This document shows, piece after piece, positions 1 to 15,255 of a stretch of 64,000 bases of DNA. The DNA is from Priapulus caudatus (lineage: Eukaryota): NCBI RefSeq assembly GCF_000485595.1, contig NW_014577074.1:1438467-1502466 (forward strand), given 5' to 3'. The notes under the pieces were generated by a model, which was given only the letters and a program-made list of their open reading frames with translations, was not told where the DNA came from and searched no databases. A program made the translations under genes and the position numbers. Position 1 is the stretch's first letter. Each line of letters starts with the position of its first letter.

Positions 1-3000
1 TCATTCCACCATAAGGCAGTAATTGCTCTAGTATAGAAATGTAAATTTGGACTTCCAATGGCATGACTAGGAATAAAAACGATGAATAAACCAGGCTGTT
101 ATATATCTATAATACCCCCATGATATTTCTTCTCACTCTGTAATAGTCGTGACCCAGCTCACGTGGGGTCAGCCCCGTACTGTGACGACCATCTTGTTAA
201 ATCAAAGAAATAATAATTCACCATACATTCATATCGACCTAAAAATTTGCAATAATATACTGAAGTTATATTAAACTTGTAAATGCCAATTACAGAAATG
301 CTTTATTGGCATGAAGCGCTAATGTTTGCAGAGGAAATAGAAGTAAACAGGCCTAGATGCTCACCTAACTCATTCGCTGACTCAACCCCCTGCCCTTTGT
401 CTTGGGAAATAATAATCTTTCTCCTATTATGATTGCTGTGACATACATCCTATTAGGAGTCTGTTAACACGCGCGCTGTTAATGGGTTCCTGATCTTATA
501 ATGACTTTATGGTTATATCGTTTTCAGTTTGTTCTATTGTTTGCTGGGTGGTTCCACGTACCGCCATGTCACTGCATGGAGTGCTTCCATGTGCGGACGG
601 TATCTTTTATTGCTGTTTCTGGTCAGGTTTACAGCCGTCTCCATCATAAATACAAATTAACGAGCGAGAGTATCAATGATTTGTTAGTGTTATTAGTGGT
701 TATTTAGTGTAACTATCTCCCGCTAGGCCGTTCCTGCCACCTGATACACACGAAGGCGCAGCGTCCCTGATGTGATGTTTGCGTGGTTTTGAAAATGCCG
801 TTTGATGTCTAGAGACGAAACACTAATAATACTCTGGATGTATGACTTTTATTTGTTTTCAACAAGTTCGATGAAACTGCCGAAGCCATTAGGATAAAAG
901 TTTTTGCCCCGTTCACTAAGATCTGTATAGACATTTCAATGGATTAAAAGGCTGAAAATGTGTATTCAGTCTGATTTTTTTGGGTTCTGCTATATTTTTT
1001 GTTTTTAGTGCACAGTTAGCCACGTATATGGCAATTAACGCTACCCTGCTGCGATGCTTCCAAGGTATTCCTTTTCGTCGAAGTTAAGTTAATGGCACTC
1101 ACGTTATTCAGCCTTAGTTTCCGACACCTTCACTCCCCATCCGTCACGGTTTTTAGCTAGTTATCTCCGAGTAGTCAAGTGTACGTGTCAAAATCTGACT
1201 GGCTTGTGGTTGCAATCAGTCTAAATAACGTGTTGCCTATGTCATTCAAAATTTTACTGGCGTGTAGATTTAGATAGAACATCGGAATCCTACGAAAATT
1301 AGCAAGTCATGCTAAAATGTTTTAATAACGCACCAAAAATAGCCAGATATTCTAAATATTTATCAAAATTCGTTTGTATATCACGTGAGTCGTTATAATG
1401 ACATTCAATACGAGTTTCTCTAAAATGAAAATGCCTTTATTCTATGAAAGAATATCTGCATTATATTCTAAAGAAAATTCTAGGACATTCTATTTTATCA
1501 CAGCATAGTCGTCTATCTCTCATAACCTTATGGATAACTCCATTGCTAATAAATGAAATATAATAATTAACAACTTTTTTGTTGAGGTGATTAATAGTCG
1601 CATCTTGATATGTGTGAAGATTTAATACGTTAATTCCAATTCCAAAATTTAAGCGTCTCTACTTGCGGTGTGTAAAATCGACGGCTCACATCTAAGCGAC
1701 ATACATGACTGAGAGGGTATGAAAACCTTCTCGTTAAGAAAACACCGCATTGATCATTTTAGTTACGGACCACTATAGTTCTCAGCAAGCCACTTACTCG
1801 TTTGTATATTCCATCATGCTACTGACAGATGACTGACATTTACTTCTAATTAAAATTTCGTAGTACAGATTGATTATAAACTAATCATGCCTCTGTGTTA
1901 AAGAGGGAATTAAGTGAATCCACTAGCAGCTCGGCAGAGTAATCAGCCTCGGCGATGGCCAGCCAAGTAATAATACATCTGGATAACCTGGTAAGTTGAA
2001 ATTAACAACAGCAAAAAAGAGCAGCAGCCTAGAACAATCCATTATTTTGTGCTACTGGTGCCGCGTACGTGCGGTGATGCAATCAATGTCAGCTTGTTTA
2101 TCTTGCTGCAAAAACTACCTGCTTTCATTTTACGCAGGCTTCGCGCAACACGACGTTTCCCGGGAACTCATTATTTGAAGCTTCAGTGTCTAGGCAAACG
2201 GACGGATTGAAAAATGTGCATTTATTATTTGTTGCCCGCCGTTTGTGCTCTAAACTTATCTTCGTGTCCGTGTATGGCAATTTCGAACGGGAGTTACTTG
2301 CGGATTACTGTCTCTCCGATCCACGCCCATTTTTAATAGCGTTCCCGGGCTCGAATGTATCTTAACGCTACAGTACTTTGAATTGTCGAAAGCACTTGAC
2401 TCGATGTGACGTCGGCGAGTGGTTTTTTTGAAGGAGTCCCCGAAGTATCAGACGAGAATACGAGTAAAACCTGAGGCTTCGAAGAAGATCAAGAGCGAAG
2501 CCAGTGGTAAGACACCAGTAAGAATGTTTGTGGTATCAATAAACTAGCTGGGTGAAGTACGCGTGGTGACAGCGTGGTGTTAAAGGAGCGACATATAGAA
2601 CATATTGGTAATATAAGGGAAGGGTCAAAAGAACCACAACGTGTCACACGGCCAATAGAAGGGGAAACCACATCGTATCAAAAGCATAACGGGAGAAGAA
2701 CCCCCGCCGTGTCAAAAGAGTAATGACAGGTGAAATCTCGGTATGTCAAACAAGGGGCACCTTGTAGATACCTAAGAGGAGACAGGCGGAAGGACCTTAA
2801 ACCAAAGGTTTCAGCATAGCGGATGGGAGACAAAGGGATGCACGTGGTTTAACGCAGTAGAGGCCCATGGTATCAATGCATTAAAAGTCAGGTCGAGAAT
2901 CTACAAAAGATTAAACATACCTCAAGGACCTTAACTAACACAGCGCTGTCCTAGAGTCGACAACTGCCGCATATTTATTGCCAGCCGATAAACGACTCGC

Positions 3001-5548
3001 TAGGCGGCGGTAGTAGCGAAGTGGTATAACAAGTGCATTAATGCAGGCCGCTTTATGTGGCACGTTTCGGGCTCTTGACCAAACCAAACGTTAACCAACC
3101 ACGCCTCGATTCGAAATACGTAATGGAACACGCACGCTTTTGCATGACCATCTCGTCACTCGCGTTTCAGACCGGTATATATCTCTAGCTAATCTGATCT
3201 ATCATTCGTCTAATATTATGATTACACACCGAGTGTTTCCACGGGCTGCTTGCTCTGCGACCGACGTAAGCAGCCAAAATGACTAACGAGCAGGCGAAGG
3301 TGACCGAAATTTATTCGGGTGGTAAATTAATTACCGAAAGCTATCCAGCGATAAAGGAGACGTATATAGCAATCATCTACAGCATATGATGATAAGTACA
3401 GACGAGTCATGTGCGCGTTGGGGGTAGTCATGCATGCAGCCAGTGACGGTGTAGAATGGTTGACATCCCCGTTAGAGCAAATGTCTCACTGTCCATTGCG
3501 CACGGGCAATAAAAGTACAATCTCCATGACTGTGCGCGGAATAGAGAATTGCGGGGTGAATATTCCCAGCAACATATATGCACGAAACATAGGTGTCGCG
3601 CGCGCCGGCCGTTAGCATGTGTCAGCCTAGCAATACAACTGACCAGTGCTCGTTGAAGTATATATATATATATATATTATATATATATATATAATATATA
3701 TAATAGCATGGGTCACGAACGCACCCCACTCCGAGGTGGCTCTATACTCCCATCCGCAGCATGATCATGTGACACGTTCGAACAGGGCGCGTGTATTCGG
3801 GTGTTCGTTGCGATACAGATTTTGGTGATTACATTCCATGTCATCTCGGCTTCTGCCTTTGCGATTAACACATATTTGTGTTCACAACAAGACAGGGTGT
3901 CTTTGTTTCACGTATGACTGATAATGGGTTGATAGGCGATGCTGCCTAGTCGACATTATTCAAGGCGGTTCAAATAAGTAGTTATACAAGATGCAATAAA
4001 TAAAAACTCATTTGGTAATTTAGCCGCGGGCTAACCTAAGTGAAAATATTTTGACAATCTGTGTTATTAAGTTCCCAAACTCATCAAAGAAAACAGTCAA
4101 AATAAGTAATTCATTTCATCCTAATTTGTGCGTAAAAATGCAACATGATTGCGATTCAAAATTAATTTAGATTTACATCGTTCCACTGCCGAAAGAACGG
4201 CCCTCAGCATAAATTACATTCATCTAGTAAATCATGAATCGATAACTCTTTCCTTCGCTATTGAACAATTTCCTTTTGAATTTCCGGATGAATTATTTTA
4301 AAGCAGATTAATTCCCGATCAGCATAAAAATCGTCGCACTGTGAAAATTTACAGCAATCATTATTCTCTATTTCCCCCATTTCGCAGCGTAAATATTCAT
4401 CATATACTGCGCCTAGACGAGAGAGTGAATTAATGACACTTGGCCCCCATAATAATCTGATTCGCACAACATGAGCAGAATCGGTGAGAATGCATTTAAA
4501 TTATATTCCACTGAAGGAATTATCTCGTTGACAGCATGCAGCGGTATAAATATACCTTACGTTTTGGACGCAAGTGGCGCTTTGGCGTTATTTTAGCCTC
4601 TGTTACGCAGAAAATAATAGATAACACGAACGTGTAATATGTGACTTTCATGTGTTATTTTGAAAACTCATAAAATACATAAAACAGGCTAATATACTAG
4701 CCAGTTTAGAGCTGGTGTTCCGGTCGAATGCTACTTCCTCCAGTTCTTACGCTCGTAATTATCTCGTATGTATAATATACACTACGGAACGATGGATAAA
4801 TTTGACCCAACAAAATAACACTGAAACATCTCTTATGACAATGTCCTTTGATCTTCTAATGATAAAGTACGCAAATGGCAACAAATGAGCCTATGTTCAG
4901 GCGAGCAGAATATACAGTCACGATTTATAAAGTAAGAATTCAAATAAGAATAAATCTACCATCTTTCCAGGACATATCAGGACATAGTCTTTGACGAATT
5001 GAAGTCGTCGGGACGGGCCCCGCACACAGTATATTTACATAATACGTGGCCGGTTAAAACTAAGATAATAAAGTATGCACCGTTCATAATGCTATAGAAT
5101 CTACAATAAACAACGACGATACAGACTGGCGGCTGTTGCGGAGCGGACATTGTCATATTTACTTGTCATACATACATGGTTACGTGTCATACTTACTGTC
5201 ATATTAATTTGGTAGCCGGATCTTACACATATCGCATGGATGATAATATTTTAATTAAAATCGTGCTTTTCTGACGTGTGCTCTATAGCTGCATAGTGAT
5301 GATAAATGTAGGTTTTCGCGTGTTGTAGACTGTTACACAAGATCAAGGACTTGGGTATTGACTTTACAAGTGCAGAGCCTAGCTTGATTCAGTAGTTAAT
5401 TGCATGGATGATATCAGGAGACACGCGCCGCGCGCATCAGCATCTATTGTCCTCGCTTTGGGAAAATTATCTTAAAAGCGTCTGAATTAATTTATGCGCG
5501 AAGAAAGCATTAGCGACATTAGTATAGTGCTGACGTATAGCTTAGTGT

Positions 5549-5600
5549 ATGAGAGAGAATGGGGTGAAAGAGAAAACGGGAGAGAGAGAGAGAGAGACCG

Positions 5601-5649
<49 letters not shown>

Positions 5650-5697
5650 TGAGCGGGAGAAAGGTAGAGAGGAGAGGGAGAGAGAGAGACAGAGAGA

Positions 5698-5749
<52 letters not shown>

Positions 5750-5986
5750 CAAAGACAACAAGCGAGTGAGGGGTGAGAGAGGTAGAGACACTCATGCACA
5801 GAAGAATGGAGAAATAAAGACGGGAGGAAAGAATGAGGAAGCAAGGAAGGGAGAGAAAAAGTTTGGGAGGGAGTTTGCGGAAAGAATAGAGTCTGAAAAA
5901 AAAAGAGATTGAAAGAGTGATGAGAGTGACAGAAGAAGAGGCAGAAAAAGAGAGATATGTGGAAAAGAGCGATAGAGAGATAGAGG

Positions 5987-6037
<51 letters not shown>
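5549..6037. repeat. (GA)n microsatellite / purine-rich tract
   Basis: Long GA runs. Confidence 0.95.
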
Positions 6038-6040
<3 letters not shown>

Positions 6041-6724
6041 TGAGCTAGAATGCGTAAAATCACGCCAAATTGAAGGAGTAAGAAAAAACTGACTTTGCTT
6101 GCCGCCATAAAAGAGGTAACTTCAAAGTAAATCTCAGAAAAAGCCATGTACTCAAAGGGATCGCTGACAAACACGCAGCATGCAACAATATTCACTGCGC
6201 AGCCACAATATCACATTTTATGTACCTTCAAAAATCGTTTTGGCTTACGTCATCTAAATTTACGAAAGATACGTCATCTGCAGATGTGTACATCTGTTAA
6301 ATGCGGATCAGCTATTCATCAAGGCCGATGAGATATCGATATTACGCATGCCCAAATATAAAACGCACAAGATCATATCGCTGTTTATATTCCATGTTAA
6401 AATATGATACTTACGCACGCACGCACGCACGCACGCACGCCTATCTGGCAACTTAAAACAACCTGTAGTCGCGTATCAGTCTAGCAAATTTCACACCTGA
6501 TCAAAAGTTCGTTACAGAAATGCGCTAGTGCGCTAGTGAGATAGCGTGTAAGTCCTCCGGAGCCATTTATCCTAAAAGATCGCATTGATGAATTAAGAAC
6601 AGCGCAGTTCTTCAGGTTTAGCCACGTATCTCTATACAGATCTTTATTTCCTCCTCCTCCTTCTCTCTCATCGTGTGTCTCCATCGCTTACGTTTCTTGC
6701 TTGATCGCTTATCGAGCTCTGCAA

Positions 6725-6860
6725 CTACCCCCTCTCTCTTTCTCTCCCTCTTTCTGTCTTTCTGTCTTTCTCTCTTTCTCTCTCTCTCTCTCTCGCTCTC
6801 TCTCCCTCTCTTTCTCTCAGACACGCACACACGCACACTCGCCCTTTCTCTCTTTCTCGT
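6725..6860. repeat. (CT)n pyrimidine tract
   Basis: Direct reading. Confidence 0.9.
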
Positions 6861-9800
6861 CATTGCTCCGTCTGGCTAGAATTCTGTCGCCGTCCCACTC
6901 TCTTCCTCTCTGTTTCTCCTCACATCATTCATGACTGTTCTTATTCGCACTATTGCTCACCCAGTAGACCAAACCTTTATTTGCCATGTTCTCCTATTGC
7001 ACAGCCAGCATGTTCTCCCTGTTCTCGGGCAGCATAAAAATAAGCGCAAGCTGTATGCCAAAATTACCCATCGATAACCCCAGCCCACAGAGAATAATTA
7101 TTTCTCTCTCCCACCTTTTCTCGGTAACACACTACATGTCCGAATCCGGGCAGCACGCACGCTTCTCGCGCATAAGCGTTATCATTTAATTCCTGCAATT
7201 TTCCTCCAGACCCTCGCCTAATCCCGACCGCAAAGACCCAGCTAGTGGTCGACCAGAAATTAATTTCTGTCGGTAAGCCGCAAATGCACGCGCGACTATA
7301 TCTACAACTGAGGTTTGCACGCATTGCCGTTGCGATCACCGACAAATTGAAATGAGCGAGGGGACTCGCCATGCAGCCGTCACGAGATTTCGAATTCGTG
7401 TGCGCGTGATTGTTATTTTAGAGAAAGAAAAACACGCCTGCGAAAATCATTGCCACACAACGGCTCAAAGCAAGCGGTTATCATTTTTTGCTTCCCCGCC
7501 AACAAATATTGTAAACGATGGATTAACGGCCGCGGCTAAATTATATAAGATGTCCGAAATCATTTATTTTCGCTCGGTTTAGCATAATCTGAATGAATGG
7601 CGAAAAGGGTGGTGGTGGTGTGCACAAAGAAACTCATTTGCCACTTGCTTTTCTTCACCATTAAAGCATGACAGTGAGGTATTAAAACGAAATAAGACGT
7701 TAAGCAATTCTGACCGATTGAAAGGGAAATGAGTCATTATTTTCCATGGGCTGTATTCAGCGACTCACACGCACGGTCACCGCTGCACTGGGCCAGTGAC
7801 CTGAATGCGATATGCGTGCGTGACGTATGCACGTGGTCTGTCCACGTGAGCGCGAAGCCGCCAAAAAGAGCGCGCAAATCGGCGGGAAAATTTATTAGCT
7901 AATGGAATGGAAATGAGAGTCGAGTTCTCATCAGCTTGCAGCGAGCGCTTTGACATATTTGCGCCGCTTTGTTCTTGGAATGAAGAAACGTGTGGATCAC
8001 GCACTAATCCCCCCGATGAATTCAGATATTCCTGTGGTTCGCGGGTCGCATAGGAGTAGTTACTGCCGGAATTAAGTCTATCGGAACTATGACGCGCCGG
8101 ATAAGCGAAGTTAGAACACATTTAGATTACTGAATGCCGGCGGCTGTGTGAGCGTTACACTCATTGCAAAGAACGCCGTCGTAGACATTTTGCTTTCATC
8201 GTGCCATTTGCCTGCTTTTCTTCCACCTCCCGCGCCTCACCCCACGTTAAACTAGCCATAGCGACATATTGAGCGAAATCTATTTCATGATATCAGAGCT
8301 GCAGTCAACACGTGATATTCGCATCGACCGTGTCAGGAACAGGGGACCGGTTGCAGTATTATTCCAACGTGGAGCTAAGCTAGCATAAACGATAGGCGCT
8401 TTCTCGTGCCAAACATCTCTAATCGTGATCGCTGCATGATTGGGATTCCGCGTTATAGTCGGTGTGTGTGCAAAGATAAATCCCATCCGCATCAATTAAC
8501 AAGCCTACTTTCTTCATCGGTTAATGGCTAAGCTGTCATGCACAGGGTAGATGGATAGGATCAAGGATAATTGATTAGATGATTGGATAGAATGAGAAGA
8601 AGAAAGAAAGACGGGGGAAGAGCAGGCGAGCTGAATAGAAAAAACGAGAGCAAATGAGATGAAGAAAATACGATAGAGCTGGATAGCAAGAGAGAGAAAG
8701 AGAGATAGATAGATAGTTAGATAGCTAGATAGATAGATAGATATATAGATAGAGAGAGAGAAAGAGAGAGAGAGAGAGCGAGAGAGCCCGAGAAAGAAAG
8801 ACAAGGATGGCACAGAGATAACTAGTGAGAAAGAGCGAGGTAAAACATGCAAAGGTACATAAAATACAAGTATCCATATAACTATCTAAATACATTAATC
8901 TAAAATACATTATTCGCAGACTAGTGTATTTGTTTTATGTATTAATTACCGCAGACATCCCATTGTTAAAACTATTAAAGGAGAAGATAGTCAAGATGTC
9001 GACTGTAATGTGATCGTCTGTAAATCACGCCATCATAAATTAATCCATCATGAACTGATCAGTTGGAATATGACGCGTCCTAGCAGTAATAACATGCGCT
9101 ATGGAAGCTAGGTGTGAAGTCACAAGATTAAATTAGCCATGGATTTTGGCCGCACAACTGCAAACATATGCCCATTAGAACTACGATCAGCACGCGTGTG
9201 TGTTTTGTTACATATAGCAACCGATCTTCTTAATAGCTTTCTATTAATTAACCCATTGGTATGCCATGTCAAACTAACTACGAGGCTATTTGAACTAACG
9301 CCCTATGACCTGGCCACGAGATGTAGCGAGCAGCTAAGTATTGGTTCACGGTGATTATGTTAACAGCAATTCTTGTTACTGCCAAATTAAGTAAGTGTCC
9401 CATTTTACAAATGAGTAGGACATTTCCCTAAAATCTCCCATCTCTGTTACGAAGTGTATTGGTAAAAAATGATGCAAATCAATTAAATAATTTAACCGCA
9501 AATCAATTCGTAACGTTTTCGTGTTCGTGTGTTTGAAACGGCTTCTCGTCAGTTTTCATCGTTATTTATTCAAGCTGGAACGGTCACTTGTGTGCTTTCA
9601 GTCTTATTGGATTGATTGCATGACCAAATATGCCTATGAGGCTAATTTAATTCACGTTAGGGATCGATACGATCGACATAAAACGCATGTGTTGCAAATC
9701 AAGATCGCTTCTAACGCTTCAGAAGTCACATGGAGAGCCCGTCAAATGTTTGACGCGTATATTTGATCCAGGACGTAACAATCATTGATGGCGTTTATGG

Positions 9801-10889
9801 CACCAGATGTAAACCGCGTGACGGCGCCACCTGTAGTTAACACGACCACTTAGCCGCCCGGGCAGACGCCGCCCTGCGCTTGCTACGCAACGCTGCCTAT
9901 TATGAGTAAAATGTAAGTTCATAATTATTGTCACTGAACGCCAGTCATCGGAACACGGACTCCAATATACCATTTGCTTTTGAGTTTATGGAATGCAATA
10001 TACGTTAATAAGTAAATGTGTCGTGAGAAGAATACTAGGTGCAACCTGTATGTTGATTGTTGGTGTATTTATTTCCGTGCATGATTGTGTTAACTGAAGG
10101 TAACTAAATTTGTTTGATGATGTTGTGTGAAAGTGGTGTGTGAGGGTGTCAGAAAAGGAAGAAAACGAGTTATGATATTGCAGGAGAGTTTGTGGAAAAG
10201 TTTGTGGGAAGCTCTGTTACCAATGGAATGTACGTAGAGCTAGGTGGTAATGTTAAAATGGGGGGAAAGGTGGGCAGGGTTAGAGAATGGGCCGGATCAA
10301 GTACCTCATGATCTTAAGTAATGCTATCCCGGAAACGTAAGCCTATGCACACCCTAAACATAGTCCCACACACCACATACCGCGTACGCCTAACCCTAAC
10401 TCTAGACAACTCCTTACCACCTCTACCGTCGTTCTCAGAAGACATATACACTAAGCAACGGCGTTAACGTCGCATTCTGTACAGCTTCATGTCAGCTTCT
10501 ACCTCAGTTTCATCGCATAAATAAATATAGGCATAGCTACTCAGACGAGTATGCGGTAGAGGATATTAGTACAAAATCTATCGTCTCGTATTCGTAATCA
10601 GAAAGCTCGGGTGGGACTCACACGATCTGATGCTCCCAGAGAGACAGAATACATGGCTCACGACTAACCAAATGACTATAACAAACACCACCATAGAATT
10701 GTACATTGTTTCAACCGCCCCGTTATATTATATAATAAGAAACACAGTTGATGTCGTACATAAATATTTAGTACAGTCTATCTAGGATAACAAACTTTGC
10801 AGCATTGCTTACATACGCACGCACATATGGCTAATCGAAAATTCTTGTGTGTCTTATCTTCATAGAAATAGCAGTGCCCGTGCATTTAT

Positions 10890-11110
10890 GAGACGAATTC
10901 AGTCTCTGTTAGTGATAACGTTCGATCTGTTTGCACATGCCTGGCTCATAGTATCTGGATATTCGATACTAGAACGTCCTAGGGCGTTATAGGGATGTGT
11001 GTTGATGGTGTTCCACCTGGTAGCTCGCATGTGCCTTCTGCTTTCCGGGGATGCAAATTTATGCATTTCAGTTGCAGCATTGTTGGTGTTAAGAAGGTGC
11101 GACCACAACC
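10890..11110 (-). mobile_element. Highly decayed non-LTR retrotransposon ORF2 C-terminal fragment
   Basis: Frameshifted translation gives TPTMLQL.../SPESRRHMR... and ends NRD*-NS-like, resembling the LINE ORF2 end pattern VTPML..L.W..LE.RR ... RTIRDWNSL. Confidence 0.3.
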
Positions 11111-12552
11111 CTACATCCGTAGTATATGGCTTGTTCTGTGGCTAGACTTGCAACAACCATCCTGAGCGGGGTGCAAGAGAAGATTGCTCTCAGATGATAC
11201 GTTTGGAAGAGGGATGGTCGTTATGACACATATAAGAGATCCAACGTGAAATGAAAGTGAGGAAACAAATCCCTCTTTCCTTACCGCCGGATGGATAAAT
11301 GGTGGATGGATGGGGTTTTTATGCTAAATCTCGTTTTTGCGAAATCGTTGGACGCTAAACGTTTGAGTTGGTTTAAGTTCCATCTCGACCAAGACCGAGC
11401 GGAGAGACACAAAATAGGCGGGACGCTTGTAAACCTTGATAGAAAAAAGCTCTAGAACCCACGAGCAACAGTAAGATAAGAAAGCTTTGGCGATATACCG
11501 TAAGAAAGGCACCAAGCACCAAACGCGATAAATCGCATCACCGCATGTTCGACCAGACAACACCAGCTTTCCAATTCATTCTCCCTATCTACAATACTAT
11601 CATTCCCGATCTTCATCCTATCCACGCAACTCCAAACATCCTCTGCGTCACTGTGTACATAGTCTCCAGATTTTTTAACCCGTGAAAACGCAGATGGTAC
11701 AGCACAGGGCGAATATGCAGCTATTATCTTTATTACAGATGATAAAGATGGACGTAAGGTCACTGTTAGAATGGAATCATGTGTTTATGAAGTGTATAGT
11801 ACAAATGCGTAAATTCCACTTCGTGATAATAATTTCTAGATTCGTAGATCGTGCGCGGACATAGGTCTTGGTACACAACTACCCTATGCTGCAGTACAAG
11901 GAGAGCGTGCGGTATATATCGGCAGCTTACCGTCTAAATTCTACCTATACAACACGGGTGTCATCATAATCCTACCGATGCGACACGCACATCACTTATA
12001 TTCTTCCTATACGCATCAGCCGCCATTTTGCATGGCCGAATAAAAACGCGGGAGTGGGGGACAGTTATCCAGCACCGTGCATGACCGCTGTGCAGCATTC
12101 GCCTGCCAGTTTCGTCTGGACATGATGGATCGGCTGCATATTTAGCGAAAATGGACGCCTGCGAGAGTTTGTTTGGCTTCTGCAAAGCGCTATACTAAAG
12201 TGTAATTTGAACGTGTATCCATCACCGTAAACAAGGCACGCGCCATTTTTCACGCACCCGGGTATATGATAATTGGAACATTATTTCGTCTAGGGCTGGA
12301 TAAAGAATTACCTGTTTACTCCCACCGGCAGCAGAGTCTGGCAGCCCCGGGATTCTAGCTGAGCTTAACAAAAGAAACAGTAGTCAGATTGTCCGAAAAC
12401 AATTTTAATAGTCGCATTTTGTCACCAGTTCAAAAATACAACAAATTCGCGTGCGTGCAGTAAATTTCGCGAAAGCAATAACACCTAGTATGGCTATATC
12501 TATCAAGCTTTCTCTGTCCCCGATCTTGCCTCCTCTACCCTATCCGCTACCC

Positions 12553-12580
12553 CTATCTCTTTTTCTCTCTCTCTCTCTCA

Positions 12581-12620
<40 letters not shown>

Positions 12621-12670
12621 TTCTCTCTCTCTGATTCTTCTCTCTCTTTCTCCCCCTTCTCTATCTTCTT
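12553..12670. repeat. (CT)n microsatellite
   Basis: Direct reading. Confidence 0.9.
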
Positions 12671-14196
12671 TCTTCAGTTCACTTTTCTACTGCTTTTTAG
12701 TGATAATGAATTATTAATTATAATTATCCCGTCGCAATTATGTTCCCAAGACACTAACACACAACGCTTTCCCTGCAGTATCGTGGCTTTACTAGCCCTT
12801 TCAACAAACCGTTTAAATAAACAATGTGAAACGCGAGCTAATAAAACGTTTAAGCGATTTTTTTTCGGAACTTACAGACTACAGACCAGCCAGGCCATTA
12901 CCGTATAGTACGAAAAGTAGTCGATGTTATTAACGGACTAGTCTCTCACGTGTCATGTTACTGCAGCCGGTGCAGAGCGTACTGATGGCTATTCTGACGG
13001 CCGGAATAGCGAGTGAAATTCATGGCTGTGTTCGCACTGCATGTACGCAATTCGTGTCCACTGCGATTGGTATGCGGGCCAGGAGCAGCATAGACGACGC
13101 TCTCATTATCATTTCACCTTGGGCCTTTCGCACTCAAACGAAGTTAGCGGTGGCCGCAAATCTCTATCGTTTATCAAGCTGAGACGGAGGATATTTCCGA
13201 TGGGATGCGGCAAATGAGACGGACATCGTGCCGTTAGCGCACCGCTCGTCCGAATGGCTAATATCTATTGACAATTACGGGAATTTTATTACGTGAAACT
13301 ATGTGGCCCAGCGGACCGGCTGAGCGGCTAGGCGCTGCGTGGCAGAAATAATAGCGCTATTACGGGAAATGATATTAGCAGCTATTTCATTCGCATTATT
13401 AGTACAGTCTATTACACGCGCGATTCCCGCATCCTGATTCCGACAGCATATAGGAGTCCTGTCGCTGCAGGCATTTTTTGATCATGACGGAGAAGCCATA
13501 TGGGCCTGCGTGCAGCGAAGCACGGGGTCGCACTGGTGGTTAAGACATCAGACCGTTGGCCATTAGGAGGCTGTCGTTGATCTTAGTCATATTTCCTAAT
13601 TACGTAGGTGCATTATTGCCCCGTGTAGCATGTACACATCACCCCGAGGCAAACGTACCCTATCTACATTGCGCATGTGCGTGTCTAGCAGGGCGAGTGG
13701 CGCAGTGCGCATGCGCATGGGGATTTAACCTTTATTGCTCATGCGAAATGTAGAAGGGGGATGTTTACTGTGGGCATACCATGCTAACCCCCGCCACGAT
13801 GTTAATAAAGTCATCTATTTTGTTAACGCACTATTTCTGAAACAAAAGCGAACGGCAAATGGACACTCACCTGAATCAAAATATATCTGGCTGATTATTT
13901 ACTTCTCCGTAACACGACTTCTCAACTAGTGCTGCTCCTCGTCGCAATAGCGTATACTCGGTTCAGGCGCAGTTAGAAACCGGTCCATCCCACACGTGTA
14001 ACAGCGATACAGGCAGGTGTTAAGTTTTAAACACGGCGATAGTGGCTGTAGAGAATGTTCTCCTCTAATTGGTGATCGTTTTCTCGGTTTCATCGACGGT
14101 AGAAATCAAGATGAAGAGCAAGCATCACTTCTATCAAACACCAGTCCTAAAACATGCGTACAGATCGTCTAAATGTTCAAATAAACAATGTTTTAA

Positions 14197-14310
14197 CACA
14201 CAGACGCACACACACACTCACACGCACACGCACACGCACACGCACACGCACACGCACACGCACACGCACACGCTCACGCACACGCAAATGTACACGCACA
14301 CGCACACACG
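14197..14310. repeat. (GCACAC)n hexanucleotide microsatellite
   Basis: Direct reading. Confidence 0.9.
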
Positions 14311-14795
14311 CACCCTCCCGCGCACACAAATATGCGATTCACGCCTACCTCAACACAGATCTTAATGCTTTCTTACCTGAGGTAGATGCTATGGTAGGTA
14401 CTAAACATTAGCATGGTATAACAAAGTCTGTCTGTACATTCTGTCAAACCTGCTGCTTGATTATGGTGCTACCGCGCGAATACGTCGATTAAACCGCAGT
14501 AGCAGGAACAATATGTTTACGTTCTAACGGAATTATTTATATATATATATTTACTAATTTAAACTTAAAAAAACACATTACCCCTAAGTTCTTATGCAGC
14601 ATACTTACTCTATGCTGTAAACTAACGTTAAAATTACTTACTGTAAACTTACTATAGGCTAATACAGGCCTGTTCCATAATCCTGCATATATACAATTCC
14701 TTAGAGTAAATGTTGTTGTTTTAAATGCACATTGTTTGTTTGACTGTTTAGAAATTGTATATATTGTATACATTTTGTTCCTATGAAAATATATG

Positions 14796-14845
<50 letters not shown>

Positions 14846-15255
14846 GGCATCACGTTTTAGAGCCTAAGTGGATTGGAAACCGATATCTATTGGTACTATA
14901 GGTTTTTACGGTGTGGCCATCTTAAAATCCAAGATGGCCGCCATAGTGTGAGCCGACTCGTGCAAAACATTGTATGCCATATATTCTAACGCACACATGA
15001 ATAATATTTGATAGTAAATTCAATAGACTGTGTTTTGCTTGGTTCTTGGGTGATATACGTAAACTTTTAAGTGGAAATAATCATTTTTTTGCCGCCATTT
15101 TGTAAAATGGCCACCAAGATCATCGTAGGACAAACCTGCGATGCCCCTATAGCCAAAAATCACTCCAAGGACATGTTCTAACTGTGTGCCAAATTTCATG
15201 CTTTTATCCAAAAAAGCACAATTCTGCCAATATATTGCACATATCTGCTGGACTA
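14846..15255 (-). mobile_element. DNA-transposon terminal fragment (Academ-like TIR) beside a (TA)n tract
   Basis: Minus strand begins TAGTCCAGCAGATATG; contains two inverted YY1-type pairs (ggccatctt...aagatggcc; gccatttt...aaaatggc) and tgccaaatttcatgctttt; flanked by TA runs. The family assignment is from recalled motif style only. Confidence 0.45.

Noticed and set aside
13520..13680. tRNA or tRNA-derived SINE head (tggtggttaagacatcagac)
   Set aside because: A-box-like only, with no intact B box or cloverleaf; too degenerate to call.
14378..14420. let-7-like seed TGAGGTAG
   Set aside because: Only the first 8 nt match and there is no precursor-length hairpin. Seed-only matches to miR-10 (~60979), miR-1 (~10224) and miR-263 (~1091) were rejected for the same reason.
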